From an uncultured Gammaproteobacteria bacterium (lineage in GTDB: Bacteria > Pseudomonadota > Gammaproteobacteria > CAWCPV01), in the NCBI GenBank assembly GCA_963797555.1, contig CAWCPV010000009.1:256001-320000 (forward strand): a stretch of DNA of 64,000 nucleotides. Direction: 5' to 3'. Within the stretch, counting starts at the first letter, position 1, and every line of letters begins with the position of its first letter. The position numbers were made by a program, and so were the translations under genes. Under the pieces are notes generated by a model. That model did no database searches and had not been told where the DNA came from. It saw nothing but the letters and a program-made list of their open reading frames with translations. Positions 56,353 to 64,000 of this stretch are shown in pieces.

Positions 56353-56866
56353 CGCGCATCCTGGGGATTGACCCGGGTCTCGGCTGACCGGCTACGGGGT
56401 CATCGATGTCGACGGCGAACGATTGTCGCATGTGGCGAGCGGCTGCGTGCGGGTGGTTGGTAACGGTCTCGGGGAGCGGCTGCGTACGATCTTCGAGGGC
56501 GTGGGCGAGGTCATCGAGTCCTACCGGCCTATGGAGATGGCCATCGAGCGGGTGTTCCTGTACCGCAACGTGGATTCCGCCTTGAAGCTCGGGCAGGCGC
56601 GCGGTGCGGCCATCTGTGCGACCGCGCTGCAGTCCATTCCCACCTATGAATATACGCCGTCGCAGGTGAAGGAGGCGGTGGTCGGCGGGGGACGTGCAGC
56701 CAAGACCCAGGTACAGTACATGATGCGTTTGCTGCTGCGACTGCCGCAGCCGCCCACGCCGGATGCGGCGGACGCCCTGGCGGTCGCAGTGTGCCATGCT
56801 CAGCGGCAGCGGGCCATGCGCCGGGTGCCCTCGGCGCGCCGCTGGCAAAGAGGCCGCTGGCGATGA
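56349..56866 (+). CDS. ruvC: Holliday junction resolvase, frameshifted near 56377
   Basis: RILGIDPG then (shifted) [31 protein letters not shown]. Confidence 0.93.
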
Positions 56867-57453
56867 TCGGCCGGCTGCAGGGGCTCCTTCTCGAGAAGCG
56901 GCCGCCCCAGCTTCTGGTGGACGTTCGCGGTGTCGGGTACGAGCTGCAGGCGCCGCTCAGCACGTTCTACGTTCTGCCGCCGGAAGGCGACGAGGTTACG
57001 CTGCTCACACACCTGGTGGTGCGCGACGACGCGCATGTGCTGTACGGCTTTTCCAGCGAGGCGGAGCGGAGCCTGTTCCGCCATCTCATCCGCGTCAACG
57101 GCATCGGTGCGAGGCTCGCCATCACCATTCTCTCCGGCGTGAGCCCCGACGCGTTCGTGCGCTGCATCCGAGAGGACGATGCCACGACCCTGACCCGGCT
57201 TCCCGGAATCGGGAAGAAGACGGCCCAGCGCCTCCTCGTGGAGATGCGCGACCGTTTGACCGGGGAGGTCTGGCAGGTCCGTGCGGTGGACGGACTTGTC
57301 GCCGCGAACGACGCCATGCAGGATGCGGTGAGCGCGTTGGTGGCACTGGGATACAAGCTCCCCGAGGCGACTCGCATGGCGCAGGCGGTGGATGGGACGA
57401 GCCTCACCAGCGACCAGATCCTCCGCTTGGCGTTGCAGAGGACGGCCCGATAG
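56863..57453 (+). CDS. ruvA: Holliday junction branch migration protein
   Basis: MIGRLQG, VRGVGYE, LYGF, PGIGKKTAQR, ALVALGY. Confidence 0.96.
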   Translation: MIGRLQGLLLEKRPPQLLVDVRGVGYELQAPLSTFYVLPPEGDEVTLLTHLVVRDDAHVLYGFSSEAERSLFRHLIRVNGIGARLAITILSGVSPDAFVRCIREDDATTLTRLPGIGKKTAQRLLVEMRDRLTGEVWQVRAVDGLVAANDAMQDAVSALVALGYKLPEATRMAQAVDGTSLTSDQILRLALQRTAR

Positions 57454-57571
57454 CAGGAGACCCCTGCAGGGACCGCCCGATGGTGCAGGCGATGGCTGAG
57501 GGATGCGGCCGGGGCTGTGCTCGATACGCTGAAGCGATAGCGCTCGACTCTGCCCGTCACTCTGAGACATC

Positions 57572-58621
57572 ATGAACGACCGCCTGGTGAGCCCTCAGGG
57601 TGCGGCACCCGAGGAAGCGCAGGAGCGCGCGTTACGCCCGCAGCGCCTGGCGGATTATGTGGGTCAAGCCGCCGTCAGGGAGCAGATGGCGATCTTCATC
57701 GACGCCGCACGCCGACGCGGCGAGGCCTTGGACCACCTGCTGATCTTCGGCCCCCCAGGGCTGGGCAAGACCACGCTCGCGCACATCGTCGCCCGCGAGA
57801 TGGGCGTGAGCCTGAAGCACACGTCGGGACCGGTTCTGGAGCGGCCAGGGGATTTGGCGGCCCTGCTCACCAATCTGGAACCGCGGGACGTACTGTTCGT
57901 GGACGAGATCCATCGGCTGAGTCCGGTGGTCGAGGAGATCCTTTATCCGGCCCTCGAGGACTACCAGCTCGATATCCTGATCGGCGAAGGGCCGGCCGCA
58001 CGCTCCATCAGGCTGGACCTCCCGCCCTTCACGCTGGTCGGCGCCACGACCCGCGCGGGCCTGCTGACCTCGCCTCTGCGCGACCGCTTCGGAATCGTCC
58101 AGCGCTTGGAGTTCTACTCGCCCGAGGAGCTTTCCGTGATCGTCCAGCGCTCGGCGCGTCTTCTGGGGGTGAACATCGATGGCAGCGGCGCTGCCGAGCT
58201 GGCAGGCCGTTCCCGGGGCACCCCCCGCATCGCCAACCGGCTGTTGCGCCGAGCGCGGGACTACGCGGAGGTCCGGGCCTCGGGCAGCATCACCGCGGAG
58301 GTGGCCCGGCAGGCCTTGGAGCTGCTGGACGTGGATGCAGAAGGCTTCGACCTCATGGACCGCAAGCTCCTGCGCACCATCATCGAGAGGTTCGACGGCG
58401 GCCCGGTGGGGCTGGACAGCCTCGCCGCAGCGGTCGGCGAGGAGCGGGATACCATCGAGGAGGTGCTGGAGCCGTTCCTCATCCAGCAGGGTTTCCTGCA
58501 GCGCACCCCGCGCGGGCGGATGGCAACCCCGCGTGCGTACCTGCACTTCGGTCTCGGCCCCGCGGCTCGCTCCGTCGGCGCGAGCGTCCCGGACCTGTTC
58601 TCGGGGGACGGCGGGAAGTGA
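57572..58621 (+). CDS. ruvB: Holliday junction DNA helicase
   Basis: [37 protein letters not shown]. Confidence 0.97.
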   Translation: MNDRLVSPQGAAPEEAQERALRPQRLADYVGQAAVREQMAIFIDAARRRGEALDHLLIFGPPGLGKTTLAHIVAREMGVSLKHTSGPVLERPGDLAALLTNLEPRDVLFVDEIHRLSPVVEEILYPALEDYQLDILIGEGPAARSIRLDLPPFTLVGATTRAGLLTSPLRDRFGIVQRLEFYSPEELSVIVQRSARLLGVNIDGSGAAELAGRSRGTPRIANRLLRRARDYAEVRASGSITAEVARQALELLDVDAEGFDLMDRKLLRTIIERFDGGPVGLDSLAAAVGEERDTIEEVLEPFLIQQGFLQRTPRGRMATPRAYLHFGLGPAARSVGASVPDLFSGDGGK

Positions 58622-59031
58622 CCGTCGGGGGCTTCGTGTGGCCGGTGCGCATCTATTACGAGGACACCGACGCCGGCGGCGTGGCTTACCATGCGAATTT
58701 CCTCAAGTTCATGGAGCGTGCCCGCACGGAATGGCTGCGCAGCGTGGGTTTCGAGCAGGACGCGCTGTTGGCGGCCGGCCTCCTCTTCGTGGTGCGCTCG
58801 GTCTCATTGGAGTTCGTGCGTCCCGGGCGCGTCAACCAGGCACTGGAGGTGAGCGCCGTGCCGTCGCGGCGCGGTCACGCCAGTCTGACCTTCGAGCAGC
58901 AGGTGAGGTTGGCGGGAGGAGGCGAGGCTCTGTGTACCGCGCGGGTGAAGATCGCCTGCGTGGATGCCGCCACGTTCCGGCCTCGGCCCATCCCTGCCGA
59001 GCTTCGTGCGGAGATCCATCGTGAGCTCTGA
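58618..59031 (+). CDS. ybgC: Tol-Pal-associated acyl-CoA thioesterase
   Basis: [28 protein letters not shown]. Confidence 0.95.
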   Translation: MTVGGFVWPVRIYYEDTDAGGVAYHANFLKFMERARTEWLRSVGFEQDALLAAGLLFVVRSVSLEFVRPGRVNQALEVSAVPSRRGHASLTFEQQVRLAGGGEALCTARVKIACVDAATFRPRPIPAELRAEIHREL

Positions 59032-59695
59032 GCTGTCCTTGTGGCATCTGGTCGTGCACGCCAGCCTCATCGTTCAGATGATTCTGGTTTTTCTGTTGGG
59101 CGTATCCCTGATGTCATGGACGCTCATATTCCGCAAGTCGGCGCTGCTCAAGCGCGTTCGGCGGGTGGCGGACGACTTCGAGGAGCGCTTCTGGTCCGGA
59201 GCCGAGCTGAGTGCGATCTTCAACCAAGTTTCCCGCCGGCGCAGCGTCGGGGGAATGGAGCAGATCTTTCAGGCAGGGTTCCGTGAGTTCGCCCGGCTCC
59301 GCCAGAAGACCGCCATCGACGCCAGGGCGGTGGTGGAGGGTGCCCAGCGCGCCATGCGCGTGGCGCTGGCCAGAGAGATCGACGGGTTGGAGACGCACCT
59401 CACCTTCCTCGCCACGGTCGGCTCGACGAGTCCTTACATCGGCCTGTTCGGTACCGTGTGGGGCATCATGAATGCCTTTCGCGCCCTGGGGGCCGTGGAG
59501 CAGGCGAGCCTGTCCATGGTGGCCCCGGGAATCGTCGAGGCGCTCATCGCCACGGCGATGGGGCTGTTTGCCGCCATTCCCGCGGTGATCGCCTACAACC
59601 GATACTCCAGCGAGGCGGAACGGATGATCAACCGCTACGACACTTTCGTAGAGGAGTTCTCCACCATCCTGCAGCGCCAGGCCCACGCCGACTAG
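59021..59695 (+). CDS. tolQ: TolQ
   Basis: LATVGSTSPYIGLFGTVWGIM, APGIVEALIATAMGL. Confidence 0.96.
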   Translation: MSSELSLWHLVVHASLIVQMILVFLLGVSLMSWTLIFRKSALLKRVRRVADDFEERFWSGAELSAIFNQVSRRRSVGGMEQIFQAGFREFARLRQKTAIDARAVVEGAQRAMRVALAREIDGLETHLTFLATVGSTSPYIGLFGTVWGIMNAFRALGAVEQASLSMVAPGIVEALIATAMGLFAAIPAVIAYNRYSSEAERMINRYDTFVEEFSTILQRQAHAD

Positions 59696-59697
59696 CA

Positions 59698-60135
59698 ATG
59701 GCACGATACCGCCGTCGCCGCCGGCCGATGGCCGAGATCAACGTCGTCCCTTACATCGACGTGATGCTGGTGCTGTTGATCATCTTCATGATCACCACGC
59801 CCCTCATCAAGGAAGGGGTGAAGGTGAACCTCCCGCAGGCAGCGGCGCGCCCACTCCCGGAAGATGCGGCTCAGCCGGTCGTGGTGACGGTGGATTCACG
59901 GGGCGGGTATTTTGTGCGCGTCGGGATACAGCCGGACGAGGCGGTCGACACCGACACCCTCATGGCCCGCGTGGCCGCGGTGCTGCTGCGCGAGCCGACC
60001 ACCCCGGTCCTGGTGAGGGGGGACAAGACGGTCCCCTACGGCGCCGTGATCCAGGCCATGACCCTCCTGCAGCAGGCCGGTGTGCCCAGTGTCGGCCTGA
60101 TGACCGAAAATCCGCCTCAGCCGCGCACTCCATGA
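59698..60135 (+). CDS. tolR: TolR
   Basis: EINVVPYIDVMLVLLIIFMIT. Confidence 0.96.
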   Translation: MARYRRRRRPMAEINVVPYIDVMLVLLIIFMITTPLIKEGVKVNLPQAAARPLPEDAAQPVVVTVDSRGGYFVRVGIQPDEAVDTDTLMARVAAVLLREPTTPVLVRGDKTVPYGAVIQAMTLLQQAGVPSVGLMTENPPQPRTP

Positions 60136-61319
60136 TCTTGGCCCGGATCCGCGAGTGGTTCCTGAACCTCCGCTCGGCGGTGCTCTCCGTCGCCGTCCAT
60201 CTGCTGCTGCTGGCGGCGCTGGTGGTCAGTCTGCGGTGGGGTGTGACGCCCAGGCCCGCAACGAACGCGGACACGCCCGTCGTCAAGGCGGTCGTGGTGG
60301 ATCAGCGGCGGGTACAAGAGGAGCTGGCGAAGCTGCAACAGGATGAGGCACGCAAGCGCCAGGAAGAGGAGGATCGCCAGAAGCGCCTCGAGGAGCAGGC
60401 GCAACAGGCCCAACGCGCCGTGGAGGAGCAGCAGCAGAAGCTGGCCGAAGTGGAGGCCCGCCGCAAGGAGGAGGCGGAGCGGCTGGCGGCAGAGGGGGCG
60501 GCGGAGCAGGAGCGGCTGGAAAAGCTGAAGCTGGAGCAGGAGGCGCAAGCCAAGCACGTGGCCCAACTGCAGAAGGAGAAGGCGGCGGAGGCTGCGCGTC
60601 TGGCGAAGCTGCAGGCGGAGAAGCAGGCCATGGAGCGTCAGCGTGCCCAGGAAGAGAAGCGCCTCGAAGCGGTCCGGGCGCAACGGGAGCAGGAGGCGGA
60701 GCAGCGCCGCCAGGCCCAAGAAGCGGAGAAGCGCAAGGCCGCCGCGGAGGCAAAGCAAAAAGCGGCCGAGATTGCCAAGCGCAAGGCGGCCGAGGCGGCG
60801 AAGCTAAAGGCGGCCGAGGCGGTGAAGCGTAAGGCGGCCGAGGAGGTGAAGCGTAAGGCGGCGGAAGAGGCGAAGCGCGAGGCTGCGCAGGCCGCGAAGC
60901 GCCAGGCGGCGCAAGAGGCGAAGGCCAAGGCGGAAGCCGAGGCGAAGGAGGCGCGCCGCCAAGCGGAGCAGGCGCTGGCGCAGCAGCTCGATACGGAGCA
61001 AGAGCAGTTGGCCGGACAGAGGGCGAGACAGTCCCAGCGGCTGCTCAGCGAGTACAATAGTCGCATTCGGTCGTCCGTCCAACGCAACTGGCTGCAGCCC
61101 CTCGGGCAGTCCCAGGGACTGTCCTGCAGGCTGCGAGTGCGGCTGCAGCGGGGCGGCAAGGTGACTGACGTGCAGATCGAGAAGGGCAGCGGCAACAGCG
61201 CCTTCGACCGCTCTGCCGTTGCTGCGGTGTGGAAGTCGTCGCCCTTGCCGGTTCCGTCCGATCCGGCGTCTTTCGACTCCTTCAAGGAGTTCAACTTCAA
61301 GTTCGAGCCTCAGGAGTGA
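60132..61319 (+). CDS. tolA: TolA
   Basis: SVAVH TM, long Ala/Lys/Glu helix, C-terminal SGNSAFDRSA domain. Confidence 0.93.
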   Translation: MILARIREWFLNLRSAVLSVAVHLLLLAALVVSLRWGVTPRPATNADTPVVKAVVVDQRRVQEELAKLQQDEARKRQEEEDRQKRLEEQAQQAQRAVEEQQQKLAEVEARRKEEAERLAAEGAAEQERLEKLKLEQEAQAKHVAQLQKEKAAEAARLAKLQAEKQAMERQRAQEEKRLEAVRAQREQEAEQRRQAQEAEKRKAAAEAKQKAAEIAKRKAAEAAKLKAAEAVKRKAAEEVKRKAAEEAKREAAQAAKRQAAQEAKAKAEAEAKEARRQAEQALAQQLDTEQEQLAGQRARQSQRLLSEYNSRIRSSVQRNWLQPLGQSQGLSCRLRVRLQRGGKVTDVQIEKGSGNSAFDRSAVAAVWKSSPLPVPSDPASFDSFKEFNFKFEPQE

Positions 61320-61320
61320 G

Positions 61321-62628
61321 ATGGTGAAGGGTTTCAACGCAGGCTGGATCGCTGCGCTCGCTCTGCTCGTGCTGCCTGCGCGGGCCGGTGCAGTGCTCAC
61401 CATCGAGATCACGCAGGGTGTGGAGGGCGCCTTGCCGATCGCCGTCGTGCCCTTTGGCATCGAAGGCGGCGCGACGCCCCCCGAAGACGTCTCGGCCATC
61501 GTTTCGGCCGATCTGCGGCGCAGTGGTCGTTTTTCGCCTCTGCCCCCGGATCGGCAGCCGGCCCAGCCCACCGAGGCCGCCCAGATGGACTTCGGTCCCT
61601 GGCGGGGTGCGGGCATCGAGGATCTGGTGATCGGCAAGGTCCGCCCCGACCCGGCTGGCGGATACCAGGTCGAGTTCCGGCTGTTCGACGTGTTCCAGGG
61701 CGGCCAGCTCGTCGGGAGCAGCTATGTCGCGTCAGCTCGGCGGCTACGCGCCCTGGCGCACAAGATCAGCGACGTAATCTACGAGAAGCTGACCGGCGAG
61801 CGCGGTGCATTTTCGACGCGCATTGCCTATGTCATCGTCACCAAGGGCGCAGGCGGCCAGAGCCGTTACGAGCTGCAGGTGGCGGACGCCGACGGCTACA
61901 ACCCGCAGAGCATCCTTATCTCGCAGGAGCCGGTGCTCTCGCCGGCCTGGTCCCCGGACGGCCGCCGGCTGGCCTACGTATCCTTCGAAAATCGCTACGC
62001 ACACGTGTTCGTTCAGGACGTGGCCAGCGGGCGGCGCGACCGGGTGGCGGCGTATCCCGGCCTGAACAGCGCGCCGGCCTGGTCCCCGGACGGGAGAGCC
62101 CTGGCGCTCAGTCTGTCCAAGGACGGCAATCCCGAAATCTATATCCTCGATCTGGCCGCACGGCATCTGCGGCGCGTGACCGAGAATCTGGCCATCGACA
62201 CGGAGCCGGCTTGGTCCCCGGACGGCAAGTCGCTGGTGTTTACCTCGGACCGCGGCGGCAACCCTCAGATCTACCGTGTCCCGGTCGCGGGCGGCGCGGC
62301 GGAGCGGCTGACCTTCCAGGGTGATTACAATGCGCGCGCCAGTTTCTCCCCCGACGGCCAGCGGCTCACGCTGCTGCACGGTGACAGGGGAAGTTACCGC
62401 ATCGCGGTGCTCGACCTTCGGGACAAGTCGCTGCACGAGCTGACCGAAGACCAGTTGGACGAGTCGCCCAGCTTCGCCCCTAACGGCAGCATGATCATCT
62501 ACGCCACCCAGGCAGGAGACCGCGGCGTGCTGGCTGAGGTGTCGGTGGACGGCCGGATGCGCCAGCGGCTGGTCGCCGGGGACGGAGACGTGCGCGAGCC
62601 CGCTTGGGGACCGTTCGGTGCTGACTAA
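61321..62628 (+). CDS. tolB: TolB
   Basis: LTIEITQG, PIAVVPF, repeated PAWSPDG (PD40). Confidence 0.96.
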   Translation: MVKGFNAGWIAALALLVLPARAGAVLTIEITQGVEGALPIAVVPFGIEGGATPPEDVSAIVSADLRRSGRFSPLPPDRQPAQPTEAAQMDFGPWRGAGIEDLVIGKVRPDPAGGYQVEFRLFDVFQGGQLVGSSYVASARRLRALAHKISDVIYEKLTGERGAFSTRIAYVIVTKGAGGQSRYELQVADADGYNPQSILISQEPVLSPAWSPDGRRLAYVSFENRYAHVFVQDVASGRRDRVAAYPGLNSAPAWSPDGRALALSLSKDGNPEIYILDLAARHLRRVTENLAIDTEPAWSPDGKSLVFTSDRGGNPQIYRVPVAGGAAERLTFQGDYNARASFSPDGQRLTLLHGDRGSYRIAVLDLRDKSLHELTEDQLDESPSFAPNGSMIIYATQAGDRGVLAEVSVDGRMRQRLVAGDGDVREPAWGPFGAD

Positions 62629-62654
62629 TGCCTTTCTGCGATGAGGAGACCGTG

Positions 62655-63224
62655 ATGAAGCTGTTGGTGAGAGTCCTGATCATGGCTTTCGTGGCCTGGC
62701 TGGTTGCGGGCTGTAGCACCGCGCCCAAGAAGGAAGCGCCGGCGCCGGTGCAAGGGCCTGGCGCGGGTGCGACGACCCAGGGCGCGGGCGGCCAGCCGGG
62801 CGTGGGAGGCGCTGAGGTCGGCGCCACACCTTGGCGTGAAGGCCCTGAAGGTCGCCCCGGGGAGGCCGTGGGCGGCCCGGATAGCCCTTGGTCGAGCCGC
62901 GTCATCTACTTCGACTTCAACAGCAGTCAGGTGCGCGACGAGTTCCGGCCCATCCTCCAGGCCCAGGCCACGTATCTGAGCGCTCATCCCAGCGCGCGGG
63001 TCGTGCTGGAAGGCCACACCGACGAGCGCGGCTCTCGGGAGTACAACCTGGGGCTGGGCGAGCGCCGCGCACAGGCGGTGCGCCAGATCCTGCTGGTCCT
63101 CGGGGTGTCTGCGCAGCAGATGCAGGTGGTGAGCTACGGTAAAGAGAAGCCCGCCGCCGTGGGCCACAACGAGGAGGCCTGGCGTATGAACCGACGGGTA
63201 GAGATCGTGTACTCGGGCTCCTGA
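62655..63224 (+). CDS. pal: Peptidoglycan-associated lipoprotein
   Basis: Lipobox VAGC, IYFDFN, EGHTDERGSREYNLGLGERRA, NRRVE. Confidence 0.96.
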   Translation: MKLLVRVLIMAFVAWLVAGCSTAPKKEAPAPVQGPGAGATTQGAGGQPGVGGAEVGATPWREGPEGRPGEAVGGPDSPWSSRVIYFDFNSSQVRDEFRPILQAQATYLSAHPSARVVLEGHTDERGSREYNLGLGERRAQAVRQILLVLGVSAQQMQVVSYGKEKPAAVGHNEEAWRMNRRVEIVYSGS

Positions 63225-63226
63225 GG

Positions 63227-64000
63227 GTGCGCCCCGTGCTTCGCAGGGTTCCGGCCGCCTTCGGGCTCGGGCTGCTGCTCGTCTGTGTTGCGGTCGAGGC
63301 GAGATTGGATGCGGAGCTCGAGGCGCGGGTGGCACGCCTCGAGCGGATGCTGGAGAGCGGTGGACTGCTGGATTTGGTGACGCGCCTGGATAGGCTCCAA
63401 GAGCAGGTGCAGCGGCTCCAGGGCCAACTGGACGTCCAGGGCCATACCCTGGAGCAACTGCGCGAGCGCCAGCAGCATCTCTCCGCAGAGCCGGCGCCGG
63501 GGACGGCCGAGCCAAGGGGAGGGGAACCGGCGCCAGAGGGCGAGCCGCCGGCACCGCCGCCATCACCCGCCGCATCGCTTGTCCCACCGCCGCAGTTCGG
63601 TACGCCTCCTCCGCCGCCTGCCGAGCCACCGAGCGCAGCCTCGAGCGAGCAGGACATCTACGAACGTGCACTGGGGCTGCTGCGTAATCGGCGCTATGGC
63701 GAAGCCGCCCAGGCATTCCAGGCGTATCTCGGGGCCTACCCGAGGGGGGAGTATGCGCCCAATGCCGCCTACTGGCTGGGCGAAGCATACTCCGTCAACG
63801 GCAAGGCCGACCAGGCCATGGCGGCGTTCCGCAAGGTGCTCGACGATTACCCGCAGAGCGCCAAGGTCCCCGATGCGATGCTCAAGATCGGGGTCATCCA
63901 GGCCGACCAGGGACATCGCGCCGAAGCGCTCCAGACCTTGGAGCAAGTGCTCGCCCGCTACCCGGACTCCACGGCGGCCCGGCTCGCCCAGGACCGTCTG
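63227..64000 (+). CDS. cpoB: CpoB/YbgF coiled-coil + TPR protein (runs off the window)
   Basis: Not in the ORF track. Frame from GTG 63227: LEARVARLER...NAAYWLGEAY...KVPDAMLKIG. Follows pal. Confidence 0.9.
   Translation, partial: MRPVLRRVPAAFGLGLLLVCVAVEARLDAELEARVARLERMLESGGLLDLVTRLDRLQEQVQRLQGQLDVQGHTLEQLRERQQHLSAEPAPGTAEPRGGEPAPEGEPPAPPPSPAASLVPPPQFGTPPPPPAEPPSAASSEQDIYERALGLLRNRRYGEAAQAFQAYLGAYPRGEYAPNAAYWLGEAYSVNGKADQAMAAFRKVLDDYPQSAKVPDAMLKIGVIQADQGHRAEALQTLEQVLARYPDSTAARLAQDRL

Noticed and set aside
60730-60960. Tandem KRKAAEE-type repeats in tolA
   Set aside because: Ordinary feature of TolA domain II.

Overview
High-GC gammaproteobacterial chromosome segment. The many single-base frameshifts in housekeeping genes suggest an imperfectly polished long-read or metagenomic assembly. 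The left third (1-19.6 kb) is accessory. It holds two PAS-GGDEF-EAL c-di-GMP genes, an IS3 element that removed the 5' end of a TSUP transporter, and a decayed P4-integrase element anchored at tRNA-Phe. That element carries an integrase with arm-type sites, an int-alpA-like RNA, AlpA, an AEP primase-RepA helicase with a putative iteron origin, and remnants of a type IIG R-M gene and a thermonuclease. It is interrupted by a complete 2,500-bp IS66 (8-bp TSD) carrying a DUF4338/Mom-like passenger. The rest is mostly core: yggX-mutY-asmA, engB, cytochromes c4/c5, dsbA, acetolactate synthase, a 1,126-aa Ig-repeat lipoprotein, tRNA-Arg(CCG), comM-ubiK, an NtrC/sigma54 porin-glnK-amtB operon, fetAB-like, speE/speA, hemB, partial T2SS gspK-L-M-N-D, an orphan CbbO/NorD VWA protein, yebC-ruvCAB and ybgC-tolQRAB-pal-cpoB. 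The best non-coding candidate is an unannotated sigmaE-type sRNA with four C-rich-loop hairpins at the engB locus. Other non-coding signals are a nested TGA-targeting MITE family, a group II intron 5' remnant and a tRNA-like relic. All calls come from reading the sequence by eye; no database searches were run.
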